Source: Phoronis australis
Lineage: Eukaryota > Animalia > Phoronida
Assembly: GCA_002633005.1 (NCBI GenBank)
Contig: NMRA01000068.1
Span: 98,453-162,452, forward strand
Direction of reading: 5' to 3'
DNA: 64,000 bases
The position numbers and the translations under genes were made by a program. The notes under the pieces were generated by a model that searched no databases, was not told the origin of the DNA, and worked only from the letters and a program-made list of their open reading frames with translations. Positions 38,801-51,800 of the stretch are shown here, piece after piece; position 1 is the first letter of the stretch; every line of letters starts with the position of its first letter.

Positions 38801-40286
38801 AAATAGGGTTGGCATTCCTGGGCAACGTGCAACTAAACAACTTGATACTGGACATACAACTGGTGCCCGTGCTAGTAAATCAAATAGCAAAAACCAAAGT
38901 ACTCCAGAGCAGAACTCGGCAGTTGAGACTGAAGTTGCTTTTTGTGCTGCGAAAAACACCGTTTCAATCAGGAGTAAGAAAGATGGTTGTAAACAGCTTG
39001 AGCTGTCAGCTGATGTGCCATTAAGGGAACACAATGTGATTGGCGGTTCTACAGTGGTCATGAAAGACAGTGGAGACAACGTAGTTGTTTGGAGTAGCAG
39101 TAGACAATCTGGCAGCCCAAGGCTTTCGTACGCTGACAACTACAGTAAAGATGAACTGGAACAACTACAGAGGGTCGGTCAGTACAATAAGCAAGTTGTT
39201 AATTCTACTGACAACTGTGAGTCACTTGACCACCCTAGATCTGCTGCCACCACTGAAGCATGCTGTGACGTGGAGTGTGCAGGCATAGAGTCAACAAGTG
39301 GGCTCAGTGTAGCTAGGTCAGATTCACTAGTGTCACAACTGTCAGCCATTTCAATCAACCCTGAAACTGGTGAAATGGCCAAAAGGGCCCAACGTGATGT
39401 GACAGACGTATCGGAAAAAAAGAGAGCTGACAAAGAGGGTCATATACCTCCAGCTGTTTCTAACACACCTTGTGATGATAGTTCAGAAAAACAGATTGAC
39501 ACTGAAAGAGATAAGAAAGGTCACAAGTCTAGCTACCGGTTTGTAGAAACTGAACCGAAATACCAGTGCTTGAGAAATGAGACGAGTCCTGAGAGGTGTT
39601 CTAGGCCTCGGAAAAGGCCCAACACGGTGTACAAGCAGTATGGCTTTGTGGATGATCCTGGTGTCATTTCTGCACAGGATCCTGACAACATAAATGCAGT
39701 TTACACCATGGAACATGATATGAACAATCCTCGGCGTTCACGGTCACATGAACGCATGAGTCACAAGTCAAAAGAAAGGGGAGCGTCTGGTGACCGTTCG
39801 CGTTCAGGTTCGTGTCATAGAACAAGATCTGGGTCACGTGATCGAGCAAAACAGTTACGGGATAGATCACGTGAGAGAGCCCTACTGCACAAGCAAGAAA
39901 AATCGGAGAGGAATACGAGTCGGAAGAATGCGCAAGTTTCATTAGATGTTGGCCAGGTGAATGGTGTTGTTTTAAAGTGCAGAAGTGACATTGATCATGT
40001 TAATGCCGGAGTGAAACGGGGTGAGAGTTCAAAGAGTAAACACAGAAACTCTGTTCCTAACAGTAGCATGCTGGGGAAAAAGGTGGCAACAAAGGGTCGT
40101 TCACATCGTAACAAGAGCAAATCTCATAAGCAGGGTGAAGAACCTGCCACGAATAGTAAATGTGACAATATTGGTGTTGTTAGTGACAGTACTAGTTTGA
40201 GTAATGTAAGTAAAGTTAGAGTTAAGAAACATCGATATAGCTTCGATATAACCGCTAATGGCACAGTCCAATCAGCGTACCTGTAA
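23807..40286 (+). CDS. DGCR2: DGCR2/IDD-like type I membrane protein (signal peptide, VWC domain, TM, PPxY-rich long cytoplasmic tail), about 840 aa
   Basis: Phase-1 exons 23807-23870 (MVKKECGVPFLLLISLVASNQ, signal peptide), 26554-26826 (CTDWKGNSVPDGQPFSPSKDDLCKNCICENGYEVRCWSGGCSPPSCPMYEVVEGECCQFNC), 33679-33807 (GLRLVAGFLTILLTLALVMFLVHRLRRRR, cf. vertebrate DGCR2 GMRLVV..LLFMVHRLRQRR) and 38230-40286 (PPYEEPPPPY..APPPY). Additional small exons cannot be excluded. Confidence 0.82.
24000..24375. mobile_element. MITE-like inverted-repeat element
   Basis: tgcttgaacttggaatcct..tcttaagattgc pairs with gcaatcttgaga..aggattccaagttcaagca. Confidence 0.55.
25230..25283 (-). mobile_element. tRNA-derived SINE head fragment
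   Basis: Minus strand agcactagaccggcaatctaaagacctgtGGTTCGATTCCcagttgggg has a pol III B-box and an anticodon-like arm, but no full cloverleaf. Confidence 0.45.
27164..28672. mobile_element. non-autonomous Tc2/Kanga-like element in DGCR2-like intron 2
   Basis: TA-CCGTATTCGTCGTAATAACCGCCCA ... TGGGCGGTTATTAGGCGAATACGT-TA; subterminal gggcgctta motifs shared with the 9647 element. Confidence 0.75.
32885..32976. repeat. perfect 92-bp spacerless palindrome
   Basis: The 46-bp arm AGAATATAAATCGG...GATCAACTGAAA is followed directly by its exact reverse complement; centre at 32930/32931. Confidence 0.95.
34430..35200 (-). mobile_element. degraded LINE reverse-transcriptase remnant
   Basis: Broken minus-strand peptides TQCSTLRY.., PIVFTLNG.., FNY.GVV (YLGV-like) and ARPI.. 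occur in the order expected for a LINE RT C-terminus, with many frameshifts. Confidence 0.4.
36318..37978. mobile_element. Kolobok-superfamily internally deleted DNA transposon
   Basis: TTAA TSDs (36314-36317, 37979-37982); perfect TIR AGGAGAATGCCACC / GGTGGCATTCTCCT; THAP-domain remnant on - strand (37599-37813) and KolX-like N-terminal remnant on + strand (about 37400-37560). Confidence 0.8.
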
Positions 40287-43200
40287 AATTTCAATAATGT
40301 ATTAATTTAAAAAATATTTTAGCATCATGGCCACTACAACTTTTAATTTGATGATGCAGATCTCACTGCCTTCTATTATGTACTTATATTATCTGTCGAG
40401 TATGGTTTGCCATTTACAGCCTCAATATTGATAGCATCTCCAGTCACATCTCATAGTCAACTGTCAAGTACAGTTATTGTCCCAAGTTCAGTACTCCCAA
40501 CATAATATATTGTAGCACTTTTTTATCTTTTTATAGATGTGTGGACCTTTGTATTAGTTTACAGTCCTGTCGTATTTTATTCTTTCATACTCATGGTATT
40601 AATAACGCTCGTACTGAAAGTCCTTATTATCTAAGTGTAATATGAACACAATAATGCCAAACTGATGGTTGTCATGCATTTTGGTAGTTTGCACATTGTC
40701 AAGTGAGACAATGACAGTTGTACCATTGAAAGCATGTTTTTATTATCATAATGTTGTACTTGTGCGTCGGCACATCTTAGTGGATATGTTGTAGTCGTAA
40801 TATTTTTTAATAAAACAAATAAACCTGTCTTGACTGTGTTAATGGTCCCTGGGGTCCATTTCATTAGTGAGTTGAGAGTACGACTTAAAGACAGATATTT
40901 GATATTTCACTCCCTCTTCAAAATTGCTGAATAAACGTTTAGCCAAGTAATTATTAGCGCATTGTTGTCTAGACATAATTTATTGAAATTATTTCACTAC
41001 CTCGCTATTATTTGTATATTCTCAGATACTGCTCAAGTGAGTTTTAATCATTTTTCAGAAAAAGTTGTTGGAAGGGTAAGACCAACTTTCTGAAGTGACT
41101 TCATGAAACAAACCCTTGGTTCATTTGTCATTGAACTTCCATGGTGGCACCAAAGTAAACTGTATCAAGTGATTTCCTCTTCGGTTTCGATTTTGCCCTA
41201 ACTTGATTTCCAGTTTCTTCTTTTTTGTCTCTTTTTATCATTATTTTAACTTTATTCTTGCAAAATGGTTTATTTCAGTTGAAATTTTCAACACAAAAAA
41301 TATTTCTATCACACAAGCCTATATGTGGAACGATACGAAAAGTTTTGAATTCCTTTTTTGTCATTGATCATTCCAAGCCCTGTAGTATTGTCAGAGACTG
41401 ACAATAGTAACCACCAGTCATTATTTATAGATTATAAAGTTATAATTATGACAATGGACACATCTCTAATTCAGCTTCACCTTTCTTGGAGATGGTTAGA
41501 AAAAGATGTGTAATTAAACCTCGTTTTGGATGAATTGGGCTGCTTAAGAGTTAGTAACCCAAGACAGGCAAGTAAAAAATACATTGTGCCTGGTTCAGCT
41601 CATCAATGTTTTGTTGTTGGCGTTAAGATTCACTGTGAACAAGGAAACTACTATTGTCATGTTAACTCCTCCAAGATTTGGCCAATTAGTACACTCCTGG
41701 TTTGTTTCTATACTAATCTGCAGTCTCAAAATCATTTTAATGGTTTATACTTAAAATCATTTCACTTGGTAATCTGGCATATTTGTAAGTAGTCCTAAAG
41801 CTCTTAAACATGTGACTTGCGCTAAATATTGCAAAACTTGTTGTTGCTTTGTGACCTATTTTATCTTCATGCAGCAGAAAAGCGAAACTGGGATGAAAGA
41901 CTTTTTGAAATAAAACACTTTATTGAGCAAAATCACCAAAAAATATCCAGTAAACAAAACAACATTTCAAGACAAAATTGACAAACACTGAATACATTAT
42001 CCCACATAATTTATCACAGTGACTTTGAATGATTGGAACTTCACAACTGTTCTTTTTGATTTGTTACTTGAGTATAGTGATAAGCGGCTGGCAATTTCAA
42101 AATTAACCAAAATGTCAAAATGATGCAGCACAAACTTCAGTACTAGTGTTGAAAAAAATAAATCAAAATATAACATTTTACAAAAATTCCAAATTGACAA
42201 AAGACACTCTTTATACAACGCGAATGCATGGGTTTCATATTGCATATAGATGAAATTAAGGATGTGTGCCAATTCTCAAGCACTGCATAACAAGATGGTC
42301 TAAGTCAAACTAACAAATAATATATCATTCCAATCATAATTAATAGGCAACATTGCACACGCCTTGAAGCCATCAGTCGAAACTCGTCAAAACATTCCCC
42401 ATTCAGAATGTTAACAGCAACATAACACTCAACCTCCAGATCCCAATTTTATAAAGTGTACACAAGTCTAACCTGGTTACAATGAACTATTGTGATAACT
42501 CACAGATTTTGAAGGTCCCTTGAAGTACATTTTGATGAATTTCGACTGTAGCAGTAGCATAAAATCAAATTTTCAATGTCTGAAAATTATAATACGTCAT
42601 TCCATGGCAATACCCAATCATTTAGTATAAAATATAAATTAAAGCTTTCACCAGTCACACAATAGACACCCTGCCCTGAAGAGGAGGCCAAGTAAAATGT
42701 CAAAAAGGGTACAGCAAGGACAGCGTTACGTAAACACAAGAATTTCGCAAGAAAGGCTAGAGCACTCACAAGCTTCGCTTATACCGTACTCATCCGGGTA
42801 ACTGCCCAGAGCACTTAAATTGGGAATCTAAAAAACAGTGGGTTAGCCAAACATGGGCTGTGACCTGGACGGGTACGGTAATNGATGCAGCACAAACTTC
42901 AGTACTAGTGTTGAAAAAAATAAATCAAAATATAACATTTTACAAAAATTCCAAATTGACAAAAGACACTCTTTATACAACGCGAATGCATGGGTTTCAT
43001 ATTGCATATAGATGAAATTAAGGATGTGTGCCAATTCTCAAGCACTGCATAACAAGATGGTCTAAGTCAAACTAACAAATAATATATCATTCCAATCATA
43101 ATTAATAGGCAACATTGCACACGCCTTGAAGCCATCAGTCGAAACTCGTCAAAACATTCCCCATTCAGAATGTTAACAGCAACATAACACTCAACCTCCA

Positions 43201-44615
43201 AATCCCAATTTTATAAAGTGTACACAAGTCTGACCTGGTTACAATGAACTATTGTGATAACTCACAAATTTTGAAGGTCCCTTGAAGTACATTTTGATGA
43301 ATTTCGACTGTAGCAGTAGTATAAAATCAAATTTTCAATGTCTGAAAATTATAATACGTCATTCCATGGCAATGCCCAATCATTTAATATAAATTAAAGC
43401 TTTCACCAGTCACACAATAGACACCCTGCCCTGAAGAGGAGGCCAAGTAAAATGTCAAAAAGGGTACAGCAAGGACAGCATTACGTAAACACAAGAACTT
43501 CGCAAGAAAGGCTAGTGCACTCACAAGCTTCGCTTATAACGTACTCATCCGGGTTACTGCCCGGAGCACTTAAATTGGGAATCTAAAAAACAGGGGGTTA
43601 GCCAAGCATGGGCTGTAACCTGGACGGGTACGGTAATTTAGGGTGATGTCTCGCAGTCTTGCATAATCTTGAGTTTTTGCCAGTTTCTTGGTTCTACAGA
43701 ACATAAGCCAGGTGTTGGTTCAGCAGTTATGGTAAAAATTAGGAACTGATTAAGACCTGAGTGGTGAAATTGATGAGCCTTGAAAACACTTATTTTGAGC
43801 CCCCTCTGCGGGCAATACACATTACTGCACATAAGCATTTTTCCAGACAGTCTAAAAATTTGCTTAATGTTAAGCACTTGTCTCACAATAAATATTCAAA
43901 ATTACTCAATAAATTATTCTTTGGCACGTTTTAGTCACTTTCAAAAAACTAAAAACGTGGCCAAATAATCAGTTTCTAAAATTAAGAGGGTCAAAGGTCA
44001 CATACTTCATCAAGATTGACTAACTGGTAGCCAGTGTAGATGCAGAGCTGACATTGATGAACTGGCAGACACATCTAATGACTCAATTTGTTGAATGCTT
44101 TTCAAACCCAGCTGCTAAATGCCCACTTACAATTTCAACCCGCTCTAAATTAAATAGCCCTTTACTTGCATGTCCCTCTTACAGTAATTGCATAATTCAT
44201 TATCTTTATAGAAATATACCACTAGAAATACAGCACTAAAATACTGGGTACGTTGGCATAAATAATCATATTTTAGGTTGCAAGACATTTTAGCACTGAT
44301 TATTTTGATAAATCACCCAAAACAACCTGAATACCTGCATTTAGTGTGATCTTCAGAAATAAAATGTCATGCATGACAACTGTGTATTAAGTGGAATGCA
44401 TGGATCAGTCACATAACAGGGAGATTCTTCAACTAGGCTTGTATAGAGATGAGATCTTTTTGTTGACGGTGTCGACCAGCATCAGATGGAATAAAATGTC
44501 ATGCATGACAACTGTGTAAGTGGAATGCATGAATCAGTCACATAACAGGGAGATCCTTCTACTAGGCTTGTATAGAGATGACATCTTTTTGTTGATGGTG
44601 TCAGATGGACAAGAC

Positions 44616-46173
44616 TCATAGAGGACTGCAGAAGATAAAAAGACATCCGTTACGACAACGTTTGTAACCAGTTAGAAGGATGTGTTCAAATAACGAGATG
44701 TGTGATACAAAATACTGACAAGTGAAATCACTGTAGGGTAGTAATTAAAGTAGACCAATTAATATATATAGAACCAAAAAGTCACTGAAATGCATTAAAC
44801 AGTCATTTCCATCATCTCAACAGTACAAAATTCTTCTCAGATGAGAATGGAAGTCCTGGCAATTTTTAAAGTACCGTAATCGTTCGGGTTAACGCCTTGG
44901 GCGGTTAAATTGGCGAACCCAAAAAATCGGGGGAGGGCGGTTAACCGAGCAGTGGGCGGTTAAATCGAAAATCCACCTAAAGTAGGGGTGGGCGGTTAAC
45001 TGAGCATGGGCGGTAACCCGAACGATTACGGTAATTGTTTTTCAACTAAGCTATTTTCCTTTACCAATCCCCACACAGGTTAGATCAAAAAGAAATAAAC
45101 AGACAATCACCATTTGCAGGATAATGGATCATTTATTTCAGAGCACATATCAACATCATTTCTAAAATGTATGTCATGCCACCATCTCAAAACTGTTCTA
45201 GAAAGTCAGTAGATTATTTGATACAACTGCTTTAAATTATTATTTTTCTAAGAAAAATAAAATCTGAAACATGCTTTATTAAAATTTGATCAACAAAATC
45301 CCGCATCCAAGGTCGACCAGAAACAATGCAACATTCAAGTAGAATTTGGAGACCAACATTAAAAGAAAAAAGAAAAAAATCTCTTTAAAACATGACACCA
45401 ACAAATTCGCATAAGTCATTGTAATATTTTTAATGTTCATTGTATTGCCGAATATGTTCAAAATGTCAGGGCATTTTTTTATGCCACCGGTACATAGCTT
45501 TCAAATAATCAGGTAACATTGTCTTCTTGTTTACTGTTGTTGAAAATTTTGACAATTAAAATAAAATTTTATAGTTCCTCCACATTGCATTCTAATTTGA
45601 AAAAACTTTTAATTACTGGATTTTCCTTCAACTTCAACTAAGATCCCAAATACAGTTTTTCGACTTCACGTCCTTGGACACTTCAGATAAAATATTGTCC
45701 TTCAGTTGGATCAAACTTGAGTCAAGTTTACTGTCCACAAACTGCCAGCCCGGGAAAAAAATTTGCTTTGATCATTTTATTATTTTAAATTTTGTGAACA
45801 TATCTATGAAAATTATGCAAAAACGCACTCAAATTTGAACAGCACAGTCTGATTAAAGATTACCTATTCCTAAAAGACTGCTATCTAAACATAAAGAAAT
45901 GAGTGTTATGATGACTGACAAAGTAATGAGTGGAAAGTCATTCTCCAAGTATTCGACGTACCCTTGTATGGAAAACTTCTTTTGAGCAAATGCTCGTATC
46001 AAGAATGTTCCAGTTTCTCCTGGGTTGAAGGTGGATGGTATCAGAATATAATGTGCAGGCTCCAAATCGAACCGGCCACTGACTTGGCGATAGTTGATGT
46101 ACACTCCAGACTTGCCAGTCTCATAATGTCGCTGGAAGTGTTCCACTGGAAGCCTTGAACTAGGATCATCTGT
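44616..46173 (-). other. duplicate (likely allelic) copy of the last two calpain exons
   Basis: Exons 46173-45962 and 44625-44616 encode the same peptide as 50062-49851 and 48894-48885; the stop is TGA instead of TAA. Confidence 0.8.
44874..45031. mobile_element. short Tc2/Kanga-like MITE (shorter relatives at about 42784-42878, 43539-43632, 47796-47890)
   Basis: Perfect 18-bp TIR CCGTAATCGTTCGGGTTA / TAACCCGAACGATTACGG flanked by TA. Confidence 0.8.
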
Positions 46174-48884
46174 CTGTAAACAAAACAGAAAGTTTAGGTA
46201 TTTTTAGGACACTTGCATTAAAGAGGAAATGTGTCATTTGGAGAGATTGAGGTAAGCTGTACTACAATACCCTCCCAAGCTTATCGAGACTTTCAAGCTA
46301 ATATGTAGCATCACTTATGGACAATGTGACTGGTTAACATCTTCTCTGACTCATAAAGTACACCCCCTTTTGGCAGCATGGGAGCTTCGGAAAAGTGTAA
46401 AATGTAATTTGCTAGCAGCAGGCAAGTATTACCTGTAATTGGATTTCTTATACCCTACCCACAAAGAGTACTGCAGAGATAGTCAAAAGCATAGAAACAT
46501 TGGTGTTAGCTGTTTCATTACAAATGATAATTCTGACCAACATCAGTGTATTTATGGTATCAANAGTAACCCAAGACAGGCAAGTAAAAAATACATTGTG
46601 CCTGGTTCAGCTCATCAATGTTTTGTTGTTGGCGTTAAGATTCACTGTGAACAAGGAAACTACTATTGTCATGTTAACTCCTCCAAGATTTGGCCAATTA
46701 GTACACTCCTGGTTTGTTTCTATACTAATCTGCAGTCTCAAAATCATTTTAATGGTTTATACTTAAAATCATTTCACTTGGTAATCTGGCATATTTGTAA
46801 GTAGTCCTAAAGCTCTTAAACATGTGACTTGCGCTAAATATTGCAAAACTTGTTATTGCTTTGTGACCTATTTTATCTTCATGCAGCAGAAAAGCGAAAC
46901 TGGGATGAAAGACTTTTTGAAATAAAACACTTTATTGAGCAAAATCACCAAAAAATATCCAGTAAACAAAACAACATTTCAAGACAAAATTGACAAACAC
47001 TGAATACATTATCCCACATAATTTATCACAGTGACTTTGAATGATTGGAACTTCACAACTGTTCTTTTTGATTTGTTACTTGAGTATAGTGATAAGCGGC
47101 TGGCAATTTCAAAATTAACCAAAATGTCAAAATGATGCAGCACAAACTTCAGTACTAGTGTTGAAAAAAATAAATCAAAATACAACATTTTACAAAAATT
47201 CCAAATTGACAAAAGACACTCTTTATACAACGCGAATGCATGCGTTTCATATTGCATATAGATGAAATTAAGGATGTGTGCCAATTCTCAAGCACTGCAT
47301 AACAAGATGGTCTAAGTCAAACTAACAAATAATATATCATTCCAATCATAATTAATAGGCAACATTGCACACGCCTTGAAGCCATCAGTCGAAACTCGTC
47401 AAAACATTCCCCATTCAGAATGTTAACAGCAACATAACACTCAACCTCCAGATCCCAATTTTATAAAGTGTACACAAGTCTAACCTGGTTACAATGAACT
47501 ATTGTGATAACTCACAGATTTTGAAGGTCCCTTGAAGTACATTTTGATGAATTTCGACTGTAGCAGTAGCATAAAATCAAATTTTCAATGTCTGAAAATT
47601 ATAATACGTCATTCCATGGCAATACCCAATCATTTAGTATAAAATATAAATTAAAGCTTTCACCAGTCACACAATAGACACCCTGCCCTGAAGAGGAGGC
47701 CAAGTAAAATGTCAAAAAGGGTACAGCAAGGACAGCGTTACGTAAACACAAGAATTTCGCAAGAAAGGCTAGAGCACTCACAAGCTTCGCTTATACCGTA
47801 CTCATCCGGGTAACTGCCCAGAGCACTTAAATTGGGAATCTAAAAAACAGTGGGTTAGCCAAACATGGGCTGTAACCTGGACGGGTACGGTAATTTAGGG
47901 TGATGTCTCGCAGTCTTGCATAATCTTGAGTTTTTGCCAGTTTCTTGGTTCTACAGAACATAAGCCAGGTGTTGGTTCAGCAATTATGGTAAAAATTAGG
48001 AACTGATTAAGACCTGAGTGGTGAAATTGATGAGCCTTGAAAACACTTATTTTGAGCCCCCTCTGCGGGCAAGACACATTACTACACATAGGCATTTTTC
48101 CAGACAGTCTAAAAATTAGCTTAATGTTAAGCACTTGTCTCACAATAAATATTCAAAATTACTCAATACATTATTCTTTGGCACGTTTTAGTCACTTTCA
48201 AAAAACTAAAAACGTGGCCAAATAATCAGTTTCTAAAATTAAGAGGGTCAAAGGTCACATACTTCATCAAGATTGACTAACTGGTAAAAAGGCCTTGTTC
48301 AGCCAGTGTAGATGCAGAGTTGACATTGATGAACTGGCAGACACATCTAATGACTCAATTTGTTGAATGCTGTTCAAACCCAGCTGCTAAATGCCCACTT
48401 ACAATTTCAACCTGCTCTATTAAATAGCCCTTTACTTACATGTCCTTCTTACAGTAACTGCATAATTCATTATCTTAATAGAAATATAGCAATAGAAATA
48501 TAGCACTAAAATATTGGGTATGTTGGCATAAATAATCTTATTTTAGGGTGCATGACACTTTAGCACTGATTATTTTGATAAATCACCCAAAACAACTGAA
48601 TACCTGCATTTAGTGTGATCTTCAGAAATAAAATGTCATGCATGACAACTGTGTATTAAGTGGAATGCATGAATCAGTCACATAACAGGGAGATTCTTCA
48701 ACTAGGCTTGTATAGAGATGAGATCCTTTTGTTGACGGTGTCGACCAGCATCAGATGGAATAAAATGTCATGCATGACAACTGTGTAAGTGGAATGCATG
48801 AATCAGTCACATAACAGGGAGATCCTTCTACTAGGCTTGTAAAGAGATGACATCTTTTTGTTGATGGTGTCAAATGGACAAGAC

Positions 48885-51800
48885 TTATAGAGGACTGCAG
48901 AAGATAAAAAGACATCCGTTACGACAACGTTTGTAACCAGTTATAAGGATGTGTTCAAATAATGAGATGTGTGATACAAGTTACTGACAAGTGAAATTAC
49001 TGTAGAGTAGTGATTAAAGTAGACCAATTAATATACATAGAACCAAAAACTCACTGAAATGCATTAAACAGTCATTTCCATCATCTCAGCAGTACAAAAT
49101 AAAATCTGAAACATGCTTTAAATTTGATCAACAAAATCCCGCATCCACGGTCAACCAAAAACAATGCAACATTCAAATAGAATTTGGAGACCAACATTAA
49201 AGGAAAAAAGAAAAAAATCTCTTTAAAACATTTCACCAACAAATTTGCATATGTCAGACACGCATATGGTAAAGTTTCCTCACATTTGAACAAAAGTAAT
49301 GGCCAAAATTGTAATATAATGTTCATTGTATTGCCGAATATGTTCAAAATGTCACAGCATTTTTGTTTATGACACCGGTACATAGCTTTCAAATAATCAG
49401 GTAACATTGTCTTCTTGTTTACTGTTGTTGAAAATTTTGACAATTAAAATAAAATTTTATCGTTCCTCCACATTGCATTCTAATTTGAAAAAAACTTTTA
49501 ATTACTGGATTTTCCTTCAACTTCAACTAAGATCCCAAATACAGTTTTTCGACTTCACGTCCTTGTACACTTCAGATAAAATATTGTCCTTCAGTTGGAT
49601 CAAACTTGAGTCAAGTTTATTGTCCACAAGCTGCCAGCCAGGGAAAAAAATTTGCTTTGATCATTTTATTATTTTAAATTTTGTGAACATATCTATGAAA
49701 ATCATGCAAAAACGCACTCAAATTTGAACAGCACAGTCTGATTAAAGATTACCTATTCCTAAAAGACTGCTATCTAAACATAAACAAATGAGTGTTATGA
49801 TGAATGACAAAGTAATGAGTGGAAAGTCATTCTCCAAGTATTCGACGTACCCTTGTATGGAAAACTTCTTTTGAGCAAATGCTCGTATCAAGAATGTTCC
49901 AGTTTCTCCTGGGTTGAAGGTGGATGGTATCAGAATATAGTGTGCAGGCTCCAAATCGAACCGGCCACTGACTTGGCGATAGTTGATGTACACTCCAGAC
50001 TTGCCAGTCTCATAATGTCGCTGGAAGTGTTCCACTGGAAGCCTTGAACTAGGATCATCTGTCTGTCAACAAAACAGAAAGTTTAGGTATTTTTAGGACA
50101 CTTGCATTAAAGAGGAAATGTGTCATTTGGAGAGTCTGAGGTAAGTTGTACTACAATACCCTCTCAAGCTTATTGAGACTTTTAAGCTAATATGTAGCAT
50201 CACTTATGGACAATGTGACTGGTTAACATCTTCTCTGATTCATAAAGTACACCCCCTGTTGGCAGCATGGGAGCTTCGGAAAAGTGCAAAATGTAATTTG
50301 CTAGCAGCAGCCAAGTATTACCTGTAATTGGATTTCTTATACCCTAACCACAAAGAGTACTGCAGAGATAATCAAAAGCATAGAAACATTGGTGTTAGTT
50401 GTTTTATTACAAATGATAATTCTGACCAACATCAGTGTATTTATGGTACCAATACTAAGACACTAAAATAGGGGGTCAGCTATTCCAACCAAAAAAGATA
50501 CAATGAGCCATTGCATATCCCTGGTGATAAATAGCACACCATGTACTCATGTGAAAATTGCATTGTTTTGAAACCGTTTGATTTTTTTCCAAACTGCTTT
50601 AAAGTTAACTAAGTCTGAGGAATGACACATTCGCAGAGACATTAACCTAAACATGCTAATTAAAGTTCTCTTTTCAAAACATAACAACAGATCAACTGAT
50701 ATGCTAATTACTTGACAAACTACTTGTCCCCATTTCAGGGACAGGTAGTGCAGTTTGGCCGAAATTTTTTGTTGACCAATAACACAGCATGTTCTATTTT
50801 CTCACAAAATCATTACTGTAATTAGTAGAGCAAACTTGAGTGAACGTCACTGGGGACCAACTAAATACCAAACACTGTTAATTCAATTAGAATGCAACAG
50901 AATCTGAATAATCATTTTGTTATAGGCCAAAACAGAAGCACGGCCAATTTTAAGATGAGAGCGTAAGCAAATACAGACATGTTAAACTTGACGTTTCGGT
51001 TTATTACTTAAACCATTTTCAAGGCGACACAAGTGGAAAATGAACTGTCTAGGTACATGTCAAAATGCATTGTAAGATGAGACTAGACATCAAGACAGTT
51101 GGAGGTCAAATGAACAAAATGTTCTTATTGAGATAGCGCTCAGTATGGTTCAAACCTATATGCAGCCTCTTTGTGCATAGACTTTTGTCTTTGTCGAGAC
51201 TAAAAACACCATTGAGTAATTCTCAAAGAAATCACGTTGTGTACCAACTCAATTGAAATGAATGTGAGCAGTTTTACATTGGAATGACCAACACGATTCT
51301 TAGCATCAGAGTCAAAGAAAACTGTAAAGACAAACACAGTGCTGTTCTCAACCAATCAGTGACAAATGGTCACACTATAGATTGCTCTGGTGTTCAGATC
51401 TTAGACAAGGATAATGCCACCCTGAGGCTCCTCATAAAGGAGGCTATGCATATACGATTGAACTATGCTGAGCGCTATCTCAATAGGAGCATTGGTTTAT
51501 TTGAGCTTCAACTGTTTTGATTTCTAGTCTCATCTTACAATGCATTTTGACGTGTACCTACACAGTTCATTTTCCACTTGTATTGCCTTGAAAATGGTTT
51601 ATGTAATAAACCAAAATGTTGGGTTTAACATGGTTGTATTTACTTAATACGCGCTCATCTTAAAATCTGACAATCTGAAAAGCAACACAACTTAACAGTC
51701 ACTTCTTTTAGAGAAATACACAAAATTCTAAAACACGCTACATATAGAGTGACCTGAACTACATGTCTCAGAATACAGACAAGAATCAAATATGGTGAAC

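Larger units (their letters stand above)
41553..50452. repeat. tandem segmental duplication of the calpain 3' end, probably an uncollapsed haplotype
   Basis: 41553-42882 is near-identical to 46565-47894. 42884-46563 matches 47134-50452 with SNPs and indels. Both junctions are single Ns (42883, 46564). Confidence 0.9.

Noticed and set aside
38309-39942. Several minus-strand and alternate-frame ORFs
   Set aside because: Shadows of the long DGCR2-like terminal exon; no recognisable motifs.
44616-46173. Second calpain gene or paralogue
   Set aside because: Only the last two exons are present, inside an N-bounded duplicated block; better explained as an allele.
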